A stretch of DNA of 63,962 nucleotides, filler included, from Lenisia limosa (taxonomy: Eukaryota > Protista > Breviatea), in NCBI GenBank assembly GCA_001655205.1. It is 9 parts of 9 records of this genome, joined end to end, with 100 filler letters (N's around TTAATTAATTAA, not from the genome) between each part and the next. Parts side by side here need not be neighbours in the genome. Positions count along the whole stretch, not along the records: positions 55,599 to 62,200 come from LPNZ01008663.1; positions 62,301 to 63,962 come from LPNZ01001374.1; 7 more parts are not named here. One strand, 5' to 3'. A program made the translations under genes and the position numbers. A model generated the notes under the pieces. The model was not told where the DNA came from, made no database searches, and saw nothing but the letters and a program-made list of their open reading frames with translations. Of this stretch, positions 61,796-63,962 are shown piece after piece. Positions within the stretch are counted from its first letter, which is position 1, and the number at the start of each line of letters is the position of its first letter.

Positions 61796-62410
61796 GTGGG
61801 GGGGGGGNNNNNNNNNNNNNNNNNNNNNNNNNNNNNNNNNNNNNNNNNNNNNNNNNNNNNNNNNNNNNNNNNNNNNNNNNNNNTCTAAAAAACAAACTGA
61901 TTAATATTAGACTGTCTCATGAACATGGTGTGCTTATATTATTTCATGCATTTCTACATCTACTCACTCTCCAGGGAATCATACAGCTCTACTTCCCCTT
62001 CATATTGCGTCATATCCAAAATGTAAGTGGTTCTCTCGTGTCGATGAGAGGTATTAAAATGGCTACAATGGGGATGGTGGACTGTTCATAATACGGAATT
62101 ATACAGATGATAATATGATCATTAGTGTATGTAAACAGATAGATAATGCTGACCTATTTGGCCTGATATACCGATTTGTCCTGAGCCTTTTTTTTTTTTT
62201 NNNNNNNNNNNNNNNNNNNNNNNNNNNNNNNNNNNNNNNNNNNNTTAATTAATTAANNNNNNNNNNNNNNNNNNNNNNNNNNNNNNNNNNNNNNNNNNNN
62301 TTATGTTTGGCATGTTTGGTATTTTGGGGGTTTCAGTGGTACTAAACCACGGCCGATATATCCTGCTTTTTGAGCATCTGTGATAAATTTTCCATTTTTA
62401 CTCGGCATAG

Positions 62411-63725
62411 GTGCCAGTAGTATCATCAGATGAGACGGAAGGTACCGTAAGCCCTAGCGTCCTCACATTCGATGCCGGAGACTGGAATGTCGACAAGACT
62501 GTGACTGTCACTGGAATTGTATCTTGGGATGGGCGTGACCAAGCTAATTGTGTGTTTTTTTTTGAGCTGAACGCAGGAGTCCGTACTGTTTTCAACCCTT
62601 TTGTATTTCACAATGTTGAGTTTATTTTTGGGTTTTGGTTTTATAAATGTTCCATTTTATCCCTTCTGAAGTGCCGGCCCTTGATAGCCTCGTCTACATT
62701 TGACTGATTGAAATGGCCAAAACCTTGGGGAAAAACTATCTTAGGCCCTCTTTAGAGTATAATCTGACCCCCCACCCCCAGGATGATAGTCTTGCAGATG
62801 AATCAGTGGAATACACAGTGCAAGTCGGCCCAACCACATCCGCTGATGCCAACTTCAACTCACTCCCTTTGGTCACTAAGTGGGCGGAAGGAGTTCAGTT
62901 CAGTTCAGTTCATTTTGTTGCTTATGCTTCCAATCTTCCTAAGTGCTTTTACTACACCATTAGTATTTTCTAATTAATCATACTAATATCTCATTATCAC
63001 GTGATGGTGCGTTAAACTTCGGCTTGTTTATTTCCCATTATTTGTTCTCCCTCCCTTTGACTCACTCTCAAGAACTCTGGTGAACATCGATGACGAAACT
63101 GCCGAGATAAATCTTGCTTTTACGTGGGGGGGTAGATCTTAAGTTTCTTCTGGGGACCCCATAGTTGCCTAAGTTGTCCTTAATCTCCCAATACTCCCTA
63201 ATTACAACCTGGATTGTAATTTGACAAATGCGTTGTTTATGGTGGACCTGTGTATTTGATAAGACCAGTTTTTCTTCTTTTTTTTTTCATCTTAAACAAG
63301 GCTGAATTTCCAGGTCTCCAGCCCCCCACGTTACCTCGGAAAACGGCACGTTTGTCATTACCTTCTCCGTTCAGCTCACCAGCCAGCCGTCAGCCTCAGT
63401 TATCATTGATGGTGCGGGGGATATGGAAATGATCTATTTTGTATTCTTCTTAATATCATTTTGATTGTCTCATGCCTTGGTGTCCCCTTGTTGTTTTTCT
63501 CCTCAGGCGATTCTCGATTATTGAAATAGAGTTCATTCTGGGTGTTTGTTTCATACATTCCAATTTTACCCAACAGAGTTGATTTGGGTTTTTTTCGTTT
63601 CATAAATTTTCCAATTTTACCCACCCCCAGTTGCCACTACAAAACCGACCGAAGCCACTCCTTCCCCCGCAACCATGACTTTCACTACTGATCAATGGAA
63701 CATTCTCAAGACCGTCACAATCTCG
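62411..63725 (+). CDS. Surface/adhesin-like protein fragment with ~110-aa beta-sandwich repeats (Calx-beta/cadherin-like type seen in prokaryotic giant surface proteins), spliced
   Basis: Spliced product: VPVVSSDETEGTVSPSVLTFDAGDWNVDKTVTVTGI|DDSLADESVEYTVQVGPTTSADANFNSLPLVT|KTLVNIDDETAEINLAF|TSPAPHVTSENGTFVITFSVQLTSQPSASVIID|VATTKPTEATPSPATMTFTTDQWNILKTVTIS. This gives two repeats of the TEG.VSP..LTF...W....TVTV.G.DD...D motif. Confidence 0.8.
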
Positions 63726-63962
63726 GTAGGCTTGATAGGCTTCTTAGATAAAAAGAATGAACCATCCTTTTTCTTCCCCCCCTCCCCGTTTGGCTGATCG
63801 AGCGGTGGTGGGCTCTTCAAAGGCTATCTCAGGCTTGTTTTGGTTTTTGTGTTTTTGTCATCTGGCTTTTGTCAAATTTTAGCGTTGGTTGCTCATGTTT
63901 GTTGTTGCTTGTTTTTTTGTTCTTTGTTTGTTTGGAGTTTCAGATTATTCGGTTCGTGATTA

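Noticed and set aside
46923-62200. Two dynein fragments as parts of one gene or a cluster
   Set aside because: They lie on different scaffolds with very different divergence levels; no linkage evidence.

Overview
This window is not prokaryotic and is not one locus. It is an intron-rich, repeat-rich draft genome of a microbial eukaryote (taxon not identifiable from sequence alone). At least 9 scaffolds are joined by an artificial 100-bp linker (44 N + TTAATTAATTAA + 44 N) at 8 places, and there are many further N gaps. Genes were reconstructed by manual GT-AG splicing, so exon boundaries are approximate. They are: RNF123/KPC1-like E3 ligase (5'-truncated), a Pro/Ser-rich unknown gene, an ankyrin-repeat gene, exportin-2 (CSE1L), exportin-4 (fragment), cytoplasmic dynein-1 heavy chain (AAA3 region), a strongly diverged dynein heavy chain C-terminus, two or three uncharacterised genes, and two intron-containing genes of prokaryote-like families (DHFR/RibD-C type; Calx-beta-like surface-protein repeats). 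Mobile DNA includes a decayed pogo/Tc5 (DDE_1) transposase, a decayed YqaJ-type exonuclease gene, decayed LINE fragments with RNase H, and at least five small TIR (MITE) families. The most unusual signal is intron architecture. (i) A dispersed ~140-bp repeat lies in the host-sense orientation in every copy found and repeatedly ends exactly at the 3' splice-site AG. (ii) G homopolymers follow 5' splice sites and C homopolymers precede 3' splice sites in sense orientation, which also explains many of the assembly gaps.
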